Shown: positions 35,801 through 46,806 of the stretch, piece by piece
Position numbering within the stretch: the first letter of the stretch is position 1
Layout of the letters: the number at the start of each line of letters is the position of its first letter
Assembly (NCBI RefSeq): GCF_036971445.1
Contig: NC_091480.1
Coordinates: 20,956,001-21,020,000 of the forward strand
Length of the DNA stretch: 64,000 nt
Source: Narcine bancroftii
Lineage: Eukaryota
Reading direction: 5' to 3'
Made by a program: the position numbers and the translations under genes
The notes under the pieces: generated by a model
The model's input: only the letters and a program-made list of their open reading frames with translations
Database searches by the model: none
What the model was told of the DNA's origin: nothing

Positions 35801-38800
35801 TTCTAAGATAATGGCCAAGAACTAAAGGTGGAAAATTGAATGTTAAAACAAAACATGTTTTGTTTTAGTCAGAAGTTGTCTGAAATAGGCAATATGAAAA
35901 ATATCAAATTACTTAACTAACCCATCAATGGATTGACGAGTTGGATGTTTACGTTTTAATTCTTCTTTGGCTTGGCTTCGCGGACGAAGATTTATGGAGG
36001 GGGTAAAAAGTCCACGTCAGCTGCAGGCTCGTTTGTGGCTGACCAGTCCGATGCGGGACAGGCAGACACGATTGCAGCGGTTGCAAGGGAAAATTGGTTG
36101 GTTGGGGTTGGGTGTTGGGTTTTTCCTCCTTTGCCTTTTGTCAGTGAGGTGGGCTCTGCGGTCTTCTTCAAAGGAGGCTGCTGCCCGCCAAACTGTGAGG
36201 CGCCAAGATGCACGGTTTGAGGCGTTATCAGCCCACTGGCGGTGGTCAATGTGGCAGGCACCAAGAGATTTCTTTAGGCAGTCCTTGTACCTTTTCTTTG
36301 GTGCACCTCTGTCACGGTGGCCAGTGGAAAGCTCGCCATATAATACGATCTTGGGAAGGCGATGGTCCTCCATTCTGGAGACGTGACCCATCCAGCGCAG
36401 CTGGATCTTCAGCAGCGTGGACTCGATGCTGTCGACCTCTGCCCTCTCGAGTACCTCGACGTTAGGGGTGTGAGCGCTCCAATGGATGTTGAGGATGGAG
36501 CGGAGACAACGCTGGTGGAAGCGTTCTAGGAGCCGTAGGTGGTGCCGGTAGAGGACCCATGTTTCGGAGCCGAACAGGAGTGTGGGTATGACAACGGCTC
36601 TGTATACGCTTATCTTTGTGAGGTTTTTCAGTTGGTTGTTTTTCCAGACTCTTTTGTGTAGTCTTCCAAAGGCGCTATTTGCCTTGGCGAGTCTGTTGTC
36701 TATCTCATTGTCGATCCTTGCATCTGATGAAATGGTGCAGCCGAGATAGGTAAACTGGTTGACCGTTTTGAGTTTTGTGTGCCCGATGGAGATGTGGGGG
36801 GGCTGGTAGTCATGGTGGGGAGCTGGCTGATGGAGGACCTCAGTTTTCTTCAGGCTGACTTCCAGGCCAAACATTTTGGCAGTTTCCGCAAAGCAGGACG
36901 TCAAGCGCTGAAGAGCTGGCTCTGAATGGGCAACTAAAGCGGCATCATCTGCAAAGAGTAGTTCACGGACAAGTTTCTCTTGTGTCTTGGTGTGAGCTTG
37001 CAGGCGCCTCAGATTGAAGAGACTGCCATCCGTGCGGTACCGGATGTAAACAGCGTCTTCATTGTTGGGGTCTTTCATGGCTTGGTTCAGCATCATGCTG
37101 AAGAAGATTGAAAAGAGGGTTGGTGCGAGAACACAGCCTTGCTTCACGCCATTGTTAATGGAGAAGGGTTCAGAGAGCTCATTGCTGTATCTGACCCGAC
37201 CTTGTTGGTTTTCGTGCAGTTGGATAATCATGTTGAGGAACTTTGGGGGACATCCGATGTGCTCTAGTATTTGCCAAAGCCCTTTCCTGCTCACGGTGTC
37301 GAAGGCTTTGGTGAGGTCAACAAAGGTGATGTAGAGTCCTTTGTTTTGTTCTCTGCACTTTTCTTGGAGCTGTCTGAGGGCAAAGACCATGTCAGTGGTT
37401 CCTCTGTTTGCGCGAAAGCCGCACTGTGATTCTGGGAGAATATTCTCAGCGACACTAGGTATTATTCTATTTAGTAGAATCCTAGCGAAGATTTTGCCTG
37501 CAATGGAGAGCAACGTGATTCCCCTGTAGTTTGAGCAGTCTGATTTCTCGCCTTTGTTTTTGTACAAGGTGATGATGGTGGCATCACGAAGATCCTGAGG
37601 CAGTTTACCTTGGTCCCAACAAAGCTTGAAAAACTCATGCAGTTTGGCATGCAGAGTTTTGCCGCCAGCCTTCCAGACTTCTGGGGGGATTCCATCCATA
37701 CCTGCTGCTTTGCCACTTTTCAGTTGTTCGATTGCCTTATATGTCTCATCCAGGGTGGGAACCTCATCCAGCTCTAGCCTTAGGGGCTGTTGAGGGAGCT
37801 GGAGCAGGGCGGAATCTTGGACTGAGCGGTTGGTACTGAAAAGAGATTGGAAGTGTTCTGACCATTGGTTGAGGATGGAGATCTTGTCGCTGAGGAGGAC
37901 TTTGCCGTCTGAGCTGCGCAGCGGGCTTTGGACTTGGGGTGAGGGGCCGTACACAGCCTTTAGAGCCTCGTAATTACAAATTAAAGCACATTTAGCACTT
38001 TTGAATTCATTGAGTCTCACTCAAGAGGGAAGAGTGGGCAAAGGGTCTACAGAGTGAATTTAAGTTGTGGGAGTGGATCAGTTAACTGTTATAGAGCTGA
38101 TCAATTTTTCTTTTCAGATTCTTTCAACAGGTGATTGATTTTTTTTTTACCAACTGTTTTGAACTTTATCAATGTTCATTTATTTTCCTAAGAATGTCGA
38201 ATCCAGACCTGAAGAGGAATCAATCATTAAGTTTGTGCATAACATGAAGTGTGGGGATGTACACAAATTCCTGGATACACAATGAGTGCCAGTGACCGCA
38301 GAGTTGTACTGAGCACATCTGAAACGTGCCATAGTCCTCTTTTATAATTGCTATATTTAATCGGGGCACAGGCACTCTTGCGTGGCTCACTGGCTCTGAA
38401 CCATTATAAAGCAGCAATGACAGGTGTTTTGGCTTTTTCTATCTCGCTTCTTCCTTACCAGCAGGAGGTAAATATCAAAAGATTTTTAGGAAATGATTCC
38501 ATTGTAATAATTTAACATATCACTTGGTCATGATAATAAAATACTTTATATTTAATGGTGCTTCACATTTAAGATATTCCAAATTGAATGTGCTTACGAG
38601 TAGACCCATCACTGATTATCAGAAAGGTTCAAAATAGAATCCTGTTGCAAAAGTCTTTCAAAGCATTTCTAGATTCATCGTTAGAGTACCAACAGTAACA
38701 GAGGCCTTTTTGATTCCCTACAGTGGGCTTCAACAGTCGAGTGGGGTTTAACTTGATAAATAGGTTCAAACTCTGCCCAGGTCACCATAAATGTGACTGC

Positions 38801-41800
38801 AAAAGATTGATCATGGTGAGTTTGGGATATTTGGATCGACAGGTTTCCCAGGGCTCAAGAACCTGGCAACTGAAGGGAGCTGAGGCCTATTGTAGTTGAT
38901 GGGTTAGGCACTTTCCCAGCATGGCTTGTGGGTCACGACCCTTCAATTAAACACTCTCCGGGTACTTTCTCACACTATTCAAGATCCTCAGAATCAATCA
39001 ACCCTGCTCTCCAGTGTCTCTCCTTGCCATAATCAAATAATTCCCCTGCCTCCTCTATCATATGCCCATCACTCCCCACCACCACTCAACAGTCCCACAT
39101 CCGCACTTCTTTCATTATTATGAATTGTTCCCGGCTGTTTCTAGTCACTGCCTTTCAGTCTTTCCAACCCAGCAAATAGTTAAACTCCCATCCGGCCGGA
39201 TGCTCAGTAGGACACGAGTATAAATTAAACAACGCATCTTCCATCTTCATCAGATCACCAAGTCCAGCAGAGAAACACCTGTATTTTGTACCCATTGGTA
39301 TTGGATCAATGATTTAAAACAACATGGAAGCTTATATCAGAAGTAACGTGGAAAATAAAAATAAACATATATCGAGCTCCATGTTAGTAAACTGAAAAAT
39401 TGCTATATTTTAAATGTGAAAATCCCCTGTCTTTTGATTTCATTCTCAGGCAAGATCTGTCTTAGAGAGCACCTCGTGATTTCACTGTGCTATTCTGTAC
39501 TGACCATAACAGAGTTTCTGGGGGCTGTGAGTTTTTCAATAATATGTTTCCCCCCCCCCCCCCACCCTCCTCACTTCATGGAACAAGATAATCAGCTAGC
39601 ATATGTTCCAAAATGAGAATTGCAAACCCAAAATTAAGTCCATCAAGCTTGTGGAGGCACTTCGCATCTGCCAGTCAAGGTTGAGTGGATGTTGGGGCTG
39701 AGAAGCAGTCTGGCACCCAGAATAGACAGAAGTAAAATGCTAATAAAACAAGGTAATGTGCTAATTGCAACTTCCCCCTGATTTGATTCAAGAACAGTGT
39801 TGAAAATCGATGAGTTGAATTATTTCTCTTGGTTAGATAAAACACCACCAACTGCAGTATATAAAATGAATTATTCTCCTTTCATTCACATTGATAATAC
39901 GACAATTGTAAAAACATTTAAATTTAGAGATCCAGCGCGGTAACAGACTCCTCCAGCCCACGAGCCCGTGCTACCTTAACTACACCAATTAGCCCACAAA
40001 CCCTGTAAGTTTCTGGAGGGTGGGAAGAAACCAGGGCACCCAGAGGAAACCCATGCAGACACGTGGAGAACATGTAAACTCCTTACAGACAGTGCCAGAC
40101 TCGAACCTTGGTTGCTGGTGCCATAATAGCGTTGGACTAAACTGTGCTGCCCAAACTTATAAAAGATAAATCCATCCTACTTACCTGGTTCCAGCAAGCA
40201 TGACGATCTTTGCCAGCTTAATGCCCTTGGGGAACAAATCTTTAATCACCTCCCTGAGAATCAATGAGCCCATAAATGCATAGTCATCTGGAAGTGAAAT
40301 ATTCATATTAATGAACATACATAATCATTTACATTTGTTTCTTTTCACAATTTGCAAAAGAAGGGCGCTGAGATTTACCTTCGTGGGATTTTGATGCAGT
40401 GCCAGTCCAGACGTCACTTGAACAATAAGGTACAAAGCTATTTCATGGAAAAATATAAATCAATAGAAACAAATGTAATTTAAATATTTCCATATCAATT
40501 CCAAAATATACACATATGCAGAGGTTTATTCAAACACTAATTTTAATGTTTATTATTAAACACTAATTTTAGAAATAATCTCAAATTAATTGATGGAAAA
40601 ACAAAAATTGAATTACCCATAACTTGCATTTATATAGCAGCTAAAATGTCATGGAGCACCAGAGAAATCTCTGCAAACATAATTTGGCATCAAAGTCGAA
40701 GACAGAGTAACACAAAAACAGCAAAGAAGTGGATTTTAAAGAGATTTCTTGAAAAGAATGTCAAGAAGTTGGTCATTCACTCTTGATATAGGAATCTTGC
40801 ATGCCAGGACTAAAGGTGGGGAGGTGAAAATAAATGTTGGGATGATTAAACATATAAAGGGCAGGGAAACATTTTCATAAATATACAGTTAATATCCAGA
40901 ATCCAAGCAACTGGCAAAAGAATTCTGGAAAATAAATGGGTAAAAAATATGATAGTTTAAAATTGGCACTCCCTAGTGGTTAGTTCACTGATCATGCAAC
41001 ACGCAATCTCAAGCAATCTCTTCATTTTCCGGCATCTACCAATCCCCATAGGGTGCCAGTTACCGATGGTTTTTACTGTGTTAAATGGAAACTTTGCCAC
41101 TTTTTTCATGGAGTTGGTGAAATATGTCCCAGTGATTGCTACATATTCTGCTGTTGTTACATATCTTGATGTGAAATACATTCTTGAAACACTTAAATTA
41201 AAAACAAACTTACACAATGTTAGCGTTCCACCAATGGGGATTTTTCTCAGGCTCCGCTGATAGAATTCCAGTACCTGATACATTGAAGAAATGATCAAGG
41301 AGAGACATTATTTTTTTTATATATAAAGTTGATATCTCCCTTCTGACAGTAATTTTTTTTTGTTAACTGCGAAAATAAACCACATATAAGTGGGCCCATT
41401 GTTTTGGATGAAACAACGTCTGATGAGATCATGAAAGCAAGTTTGTCAAATTGAACCAAACTGTTCTCACTAGACTGTACAGAAAACTCAGGAAGAATCT
41501 CAGGCTTTGGTCATTGATCTGAAGGTTAATTATAGCTCTTTCACACCGTTGATTCCATGTGGTTTAACCGGATAATTTAGTGACTCCACTTGCATTCATC
41601 GTGCCGTGTGAAATGTCCCAACCTGGCAGGGCAAATTAAATTCAACTGGGTTCTGACACTTGATGGGGGAAAGTATCAGACCCCGGCCAAGTTAACTCGC
41701 TAATTGCTTTCTGACAACCTGCTCTCGCATTGTCACCACTGGAGGTGGGACTTCCCCTTAAAATGCCAGGTTGCCGATTAACCAGGTAAGTCATGGTGTA

Positions 41801-44069
41801 GTGGGAAAGGCTCCTGAGTGCAGCATGCCCGGTAAGTTTTCCTGCTCCACCCCCAGATGCTGACTGACTTACTGGGTATTACCATTTCTTCAGGTTTTTA
41901 TTACATGTAAAAGAAATAATGGCCATCGCTTGCTTACTGACTACAGTATATTGTGACTCAATATATTATAATTACCTTTTTGAGTCAGTGGCCATTCAGA
42001 AGAACTCATGAGCCGTGGAATTGATTGATATCTTGCATCACAGCTCTCTTTATTATAACAACACCAGCCACCTTTGTTCATCCACAAAAGGAAAAGAAAA
42101 TTAATGACACTCGCTTTTCCATTAGACCAAGGCAACTTACCCAAAATAAAATATATTCACACAAGTGTCACCTCATGAAATTGATTAGTATTAAGTGAGT
42201 CTTGGTTTTATTAACGATGATTTAAAAATACACATTATTTTTTCTTTCACTTAAATGTTAATTCATATAAATCTATTTGTTCAATCACTTAATTTGCTTT
42301 GTGATTAAAGCTGGTATAAAACAAGATTAAAGTATAGTTGTTATTTTAAGATATTTTCTATCACGAACAACCTTCAACAATAATTCAACTTTTAATTCAT
42401 ATGGGATACAAAACTGATTTAAAAGCACATCAGTACAACTTCACATCACAGTCATGTTCTATTTTTAACTCATCAGTCAGTGGTGTTGTCACAATTTTGC
42501 TCTGTTCTGCAAGCAAACATAAATACACAAGATCCTTAACGCTTTACAATGAATGTGTGGTTTTCATTGTAAATATTGGAATGGGACAATGCAGCTGTGC
42601 TAATAATAATAACCATTTGATATATTTTTTTAATGGTCAAGGTGGTGGAATAAATGTTGGGCTCACCAGTGAGAATTCTCCTGTTCTTCTTGGAATTGTC
42701 TCATGAGATCTTTTATATTGGACTAAAGGCCACCTAACACCTTGCTCTTAACAACTCAACCAAAAGATGGCACTTCTGATAATGTAGTTCCGAAGAAGCA
42801 TTGAAGTGTCAGAGTAGATTATGTGCTTTTGTCACCGAAGTGGGATGTCACCACATGACCTCTCGACCCAGAGGCGAGGCTAACCCACTGAGCGACGGTT
42901 GAAATCTGTCAGCTTGACGAGTACTGGCATGCCTGACATTATCCCAGGAACTTTCCCATGACGCTTATAATAGTAGCTGCAATTGCTGTGGGAATAAAAC
43001 AGCTGCTTTCTTTTTCATGTTTCACTATCATCAATGTTAATGCCCCTTGCAAGTCTATCCTGCATCGAGTCAGCTGAAGGGGTTGTAACAGAGCTATAAT
43101 CAAATCAGGACTAAACTCCACCATATCAGGCATTAATCATGAATGGTAGAACTCCTGATTTGTGAGATTTACATACAAACTTACTGGGTTTCATTCCAAG
43201 ATGGATTATTTTGAATCAGGATCATTGCATTGTGCAATTTACCAACAGGAAATTCTAATACCAATCTTATTTAAGTTTCTATCTATCTATTTATTTATTT
43301 ATTTATTCAAATATTTAGGCAACAATTAACAATATAAAAAGGTCACAAATTTCCAGTGTTTATGGACAGAAAATTAAACTTGTGTTTTTTTTTAACGTAA
43401 TCATTCCTTCCACAATCAAAATATTGAATTCTAACAAGATAATAAAAAGCACTCAGATGGAAAATTCCCTTCTCTTTTTACAAATTTCCACATACCTTCC
43501 AGAAATATTAACCATCGTTTGCTTCCCTTTGACTCCCTGAGGTAATATCTGCAAATGAACAAACCATGAAGGAAAGAAAAATCTGTGAGAAACACTTAAC
43601 AATTAGTGCAGCATATGTCCCGTTAATTGGATTCCATAATGAAATGTCATAGAATTCGTAGTTTAATCTTTGAGGAGGTACAAGAATCATTAACCTATGC
43701 ATTTTTCTCAGATTAATAAATTTAAAAAGGTGTTTTATACCCAGCTGGAGTTCCATCATTGCATGTCACCATGGTGCTTTTCAAGAAGTTGAGTCTCATT
43801 TTATCTGTGTCCGTTGATTTTGAACATTGGTACAGCGTCTGAGCCAGAGTCCTGACATGAGACACCAGATTGTCATTGCCTTCTGAAACAGTGAGATTAC
43901 TGTGGTTTGGCTCTTCATGGATGGTCGATAGAACAGACTCTTCACTCAAAGAGACTGGGGCCCTTCCGTTTGGGCGAGAATTCATGGGTGCTCCCTTTGA
44001 ATTCGATCTATTTTGAGCCGTTGTTGCTCCTAAGAAGGTACAGAAAATGATGATGCGGGAGAGCTTCAT
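23552..44069 (-). CDS. notum2: Notum-family palmitoleoyl-protein carboxylesterase, probably Notum2; 11 coding exons, 496 aa
   Basis: Hand-spliced exons 43741-44069, 43496-43548, 41976-42071, 41214-41274, 40379-40437, 40185-40287, 34554-34742, 32136-32236, 31905-32052, 28554-28601, 23552-23855 sum to 1491 nt. All introns are GT-AG and phases are consistent. Motifs: [58 protein letters not shown] (nucleophile Ser), [16 protein letters not shown] (Asp), APACLSH (His), HCNPTCP. The notum2 rather than notum1 call rests on recalled paralog-type residues (GGWCC, DEEQ). Confidence 0.93.
24545..25692 (+). mobile_element. Penelope-like element with inverted terminal copy and GIY-YIG remnant
   Basis: 24575-24672 is the reverse complement of the 3' terminus at about 25605-25690; [21 protein letters not shown] and LEEQCLIF motifs. 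Confidence 0.85.
25096..25457 (-). mobile_element. Solo LTR, 362 bp, inside the Penelope-like element
   Basis: tgttagg...ccttgca ends, 4-bp TSD ACTT on both sides, minus-strand AATAAA at about 25167. Confidence 0.85.
26427..26809 (+). mobile_element. Composite hAT MITE
   Basis: cagtggttctcaa ... ttgagaaccattg; two palindromic units around a spacer of about 110 bp. Confidence 0.9.
27441..28534 (+). repeat. 256-bp direct duplication (27441-27696 and 28279-28534)
   Basis: Offset 838 bp; five substitutions seen by eye. Confidence 0.95.
27635..28152. mobile_element. GC-richer non-autonomous DNA-transposon-like element
   Basis: Loose terminal complementarity (cactgttcaga / tctgaaatgg) and internal tgacatca / tgacgtca repeats; family uncertain. 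Confidence 0.35.
28554..28601 (-). CDS. notum2: Notum coding exon 10 ([15 protein letters not shown]), 48 nt
   Basis: tgtttcag|AGCTGTA...AAGAG|gtaagg; catalytic His. Confidence 0.95.
28930..29200 (+). mobile_element. Old Deu-domain-like SINE remnant
   Basis: cccaggctgacaattca...attcttcagatgaga resembles the reverse complement of 42620-42895. Confidence 0.35.
29770..30220 (+). mobile_element. Short non-autonomous retroelement, possibly RTE-derived
   Basis: GC-richer block ending ...ggatggagagccagaaaagaa, similar to the RTE tail gccaagccaaagaagaa at 35960. Confidence 0.4.
30630..31100 (+). mobile_element. Rex1/Babar-type LINE 3' fragment
   Basis: [30 protein letters not shown]; tail aataaattctgattctgattc. 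Confidence 0.85.
31905..32052 (-). CDS. notum2: Notum coding exon 9 ([19 protein letters not shown]...LRDVS), 148 nt
   Basis: ccttttcag|CGCCAG...GTATC|gtaagt; catalytic Asp; preceded by an 83-nt intron. Confidence 0.95.
32136..32236 (-). CDS. notum2: Notum coding exon 8 ([33 protein letters not shown]), 101 nt
   Basis: tgtgcag|GTTGTGG...TAAAAT|gtaaat. Confidence 0.95.
33150..33372 (-). mobile_element. V-SINE/HE1-like SINE
   Basis: Same core as 9143; tRNA-like head (ttcgaac, gtgctaaccactacac). Confidence 0.85.
34554..34742 (-). CDS. notum2: Notum coding exon 7 ([13 protein letters not shown]...[12 protein letters not shown]...KKGL), 189 nt
   Basis: attgcag|TGCTGGTGGA...CTCAG|gtaaac. Confidence 0.95.
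35225..35450 (+). mobile_element. V-SINE/HE1-like SINE
   Basis: ggagtttgcgcgttctccccatgtctgcatggatttcctcc core and A-rich tail. Confidence 0.8.
35518..35699 (-). mobile_element. V-SINE/HE1-like SINE
   Basis: gagaacgtacaaactcc...gattcgaacccaggtc. Confidence 0.8.
35961..37972 (-). mobile_element. Young 5'-truncated RTE-clade LINE in notum2 intron 6
   Basis: Uninterrupted ORF of about 650 codons: [49 protein letters not shown]-terminal CNRC...HKRAC; GAA-type tail; short TAATT duplication at both ends. Confidence 0.95.
39917..40152 (-). mobile_element. V-SINE/HE1-like SINE about 30 nt into the intron after exon 6
   Basis: gaaaccagggcacccagaggaaacccatgcagacacgtggagaacatgtaaactcc core. Confidence 0.85.
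40185..40287 (-). CDS. notum2: Notum coding exon 6 ([33 protein letters not shown]), 103 nt
   Basis: cttccag|ATGACTAT...ACCAG|gtaagt; ends with the first two bases of the catalytic Ser codon. Confidence 0.95.
40379..40437 (-). CDS. notum2: Notum coding exon 5 ([19 protein letters not shown]), 59 nt
   Basis: aaatag|CTTTGTACC...CGAAG|gtaaat. Confidence 0.94.
40886..41078. mobile_element. Tc1/mariner-like MITE (same family as 1873-2093)
   Basis: Shared internal aaataaat.ggtaaaaaata...caatctcaagc...catctac; end ttttactg. Confidence 0.7.
41214..41274 (-). CDS. notum2: Notum coding exon 4 ([21 protein letters not shown]), 61 nt
   Basis: tatcag|GTACTGG...CATTGT|gtaagt. Confidence 0.95.
41533..41812. 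mobile_element. PIF/Harbinger-like MITE
   Basis: Imperfect termini agctctttcacac / gtgggaaaggct. Confidence 0.45.
41976..42071 (-). CDS. notum2: Notum coding exon 3 ([32 protein letters not shown]), 96 nt
   Basis: aacaaag|GTGGCTGG...AAAAG|gtaatt; contains the oxyanion-hole GGW motif. Confidence 0.95.
42620..42895 (-). mobile_element. Deu-domain SINE (SacSINE1/AmnSINE-like) remnant
   Basis: gagaattctcctgttcttctt...aaagatggcacttctga...gtgtcagagtagattatgtgc...cagaggcgag...cccactgagc matches my recollection of the Deu-SINE layout. Confidence 0.6.
43496..43548 (-). CDS. notum2: Notum coding exon 2 ([17 protein letters not shown]), 53 nt
   Basis: tttgcag|ATATTAC...GGAAG|gtatgt. Confidence 0.95.
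43741..44069 (-). CDS. notum2: Notum coding exon 1 (signal peptide to TCNDGTPAG)
   Basis: ATG at 44069-44067 encodes hydrophobic [18 protein letters not shown]; donor GG|gtataa at 43740. An acceptor (ttttttttacag|) ends at 44083, so the exon begins at 44082. Confidence 0.93.
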
Positions 44070-44979
44070 GACAAAATGGGATCTGTAAAAAAAAAGATCA
44101 ATTGTTAAACAATCAACAATGACAATCTGGGAGTAGAAGCTTCAAATGATGCGTACCTTTGTAAATCTGTTGAAGGAAGTGGCGATTTCAAGCTAAATCC
44201 AGAATTACCGCCAGTAAGACAAACCCTGAGACCAACCATCTCAAAGAAATATTAGACCTACTCAAATCTCAAATGTGAATATGATTTTATTCTGTCGGAT
44301 ATGGATTACATTTCTCGATTTTAAATTTGTTTTGAGTAGTATGTGCCAAGGAGTCAAGGTGGCATGAACTGGACTAGAAAGTTAACATATTAACACACTG
44401 CTGTGAAAAATTTAAAACTTTCAACTGGCACCCAGCAGTATTGGTAGATGTAACTTCATTGCATCAGTTTTCTCAATCATAGAATTGTTTTAGTTAAGAC
44501 GTATTACAAATTCAACGAAACAATTTAAGAGAAAAAAATTTTCAAAATTAAATTTCTATCTATTCTCTCGGTAAATCTACTTTGTTAATTTCTTTAGCGA
44601 GTTATTTCTCAATAAAATTAAGACAATTAAATTAAACATTATTTAACAGCATATAAATGACATAAACTGAAGGAAATGTACAAAATAATTACTCACACCA
44701 CTAACTTTGAAAGGAAGACAACCATCTTCAGCTGGAAAATTTTAAGTTTCAATTTATTCATTCTCAGGATAAAACAAAAAGCGCATGTGAAATATTTGCC
44801 ACAAGCATTTATGAAACCAGGCATAGTTATACCACAATGATTAATGATTGATTAAGGAAGAACATTTCAGAAATACTTGTAGATCTATAGTTCAAAAATT
44901 ATCTAAAATATCCACGAGGACTGATGATTGTTTGGATACACTCGATCTAGGCTAAGCGTTGAAGCAGACTTCATGAGTT

Positions 44980-45670
44980 TACCTTTGGATTTAGCTGCAG
45001 TTTCTCTCTCCAGAGGGAACAAGTAAATAGTCATCACCAAATTTCAATTGAACAGTTTGAAAGAAACCACTGGCTATTTGAACCTGCCCTGCATATCCTT
45101 TGGCTAGCTGGAGGGTGACGTCTTGATCATTAAACGGGATCACGAGTGTTCTGCTCCAACTAAACACTCATCAATGAAATGCTGGACATTCACATTCATC
45201 AACCATACTAATTGAGCTCATGCTAAGATCCATCAATACAACCAGTCCCTTGTTACATCAAAGATTGACAGGCCTGTCATTGCAAGAAAGCAGGGACTTT
45301 AGGTGATTATAGGTGGTAACCGCATTCAGTCTCCCATATCTTTCAAGCAATGCTTCTATGCTGACAGACTGTTTTCTGATGCCAATATAGGGTACATTTT
45401 CCATCTGGTGTTAAACACTCACTAATGACCTTGAAATTTGCATGCTTTAAAAGTTACTAGGACCCCGTGTCAATCGTAGGGCATTAATCTGCACAATGGC
45501 CATAATCAAAGCTGGTCGATGCATTTGTTTCAAATGATGAATAAAATTATCCATTTATATTTTCAGTCCTTACAATGATGTAATCCCTTGGAATGTGCAG
45601 CAAAATTTTGTGCTTTGAGTTCCCAGAGAGACTGCGAACAGCTCTTTAAGAAAATTCAAAGGAAAGTTGC
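44980..45670 (-). promoter_or_regulatory. Candidate notum2 promoter / Wnt-responsive region
   Basis: Repeat-free segment upstream of exon 1. Donor-like AAAG|gtaaac at 44982, perfect TCF/LEF ACATCAAAG at 45255-45263, ATCAAAG at 45505, TTCAAAG at 45655, TGACGTC at about 45116, and palindrome TGACAGGCCTGTCA at 45266-45279. Confidence 0.5.
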
Positions 45671-46516
45671 AATTCCAACAACCAGAATGTGTATGCCTCA
45701 AACGATAAGATGTTTGTTTTAGGGTTTTTATAGGGGGGGGGGGGTGGGGTGTGGAAAAATCTGTAATGTTATGTTCATATTTAATAATAGATTGAGCTGA
45801 TGCAATTAAAGATCAGATGATGTAACAGCAGTAACGATTATGTAACCAAATATACGTTTTGGTAGTTTCCGTAATCGCTGGCTCACTTGGAAAGTTTGCA
45901 TTAATTCACTGGCAGCAAGTTGGAAATCTGGTCTCCATGTCTTGAAAACAAATGAAGGAACAATGAAGAAAAAGACTGCTATTGTTAGCTCCCTCCAGTG
46001 GATTAATCTCCATGTCAAAAGCTGTTATTTATCAACACAGCAACATATTCACAGATTTATAATCTGATCTGTTCTTGTGCCTCACAGTGAAAAACAACAT
46101 ATTATTTTCTTTCATTTGCTTTCCTGAACCAAATACACTTTATTTAACCTATGCTCAATAATATACCTTGGATAGATTACCATTGCCATTGGATGCTTTA
46201 AACACCAACAGAGAAGATAGTTATTTGTGACAAAGTTTTATAAAAACATTAACTCGATTATCTGTACTTGCAAATATAGTAGACCAGCACATTCCAAGGT
46301 GCAGGAACTTGGTCTGAGGTATGTACTGGCTGGCGTTGCCATTGCAAAGGATGCATGGAGAAAGACCACAGCATGGAGTCCTCCTGCTACTCAAAACTTG
46401 TGGGACTATGCCCTGAGTACTTACCTCTCAAACTTATTGTTGATAGAATGTTTGGCAATGAAAAGTTGATGCATATTGACAATTTAAAATGTAAATAAAT
46501 ATAATATGTTTGGTAT

Positions 46517-46806
46517 TGTAGCATCTGCTAATGGCAGTGCTACCGAAATGAGAGACGTCCACCAGCACGAGGTGAACGAGTAACTGAACTTTATTTTTAA
46601 TTCCTCACGCTGGTCGAGGAGACCACTCACTTCCTGCGAGGGGCGCGCTGGCCTTAGGAAGTGATGTCAGTGCGACCCAGTGTCACTCCCAGTCCAATAC
46701 GGAAGCAGTGTTGTCCCCCAGGCAACGCCTGTTGCCAACCGCAGGCTTCTCCTCACCCCAGCTATGCCTGCCTTTTTGTTAGCTATGTGGAGTAATCCAT
46801 GCTACA
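46517..46806 (-). mobile_element. Solo LTR, 290 bp, without matching TSD
   Basis: Perfect 8-bp terminal inverted repeat tgtagcat/atgctaca; minus-strand AATAAA at about 46590. Confidence 0.75.

Noticed and set aside
37973-38020. N-terminus [16 protein letters not shown] of the 667-aa RTE ORF
   Set aside because: Flanking intron sequence that is in frame by chance; the element is 5'-truncated and lacks the endonuclease, so it is not autonomous
38750-39260. GC-richer intronic block that may be a repeat or an extra exon
   Set aside because: The notum2 frame is complete without it, and I could not identify termini, TSD or coding motifs
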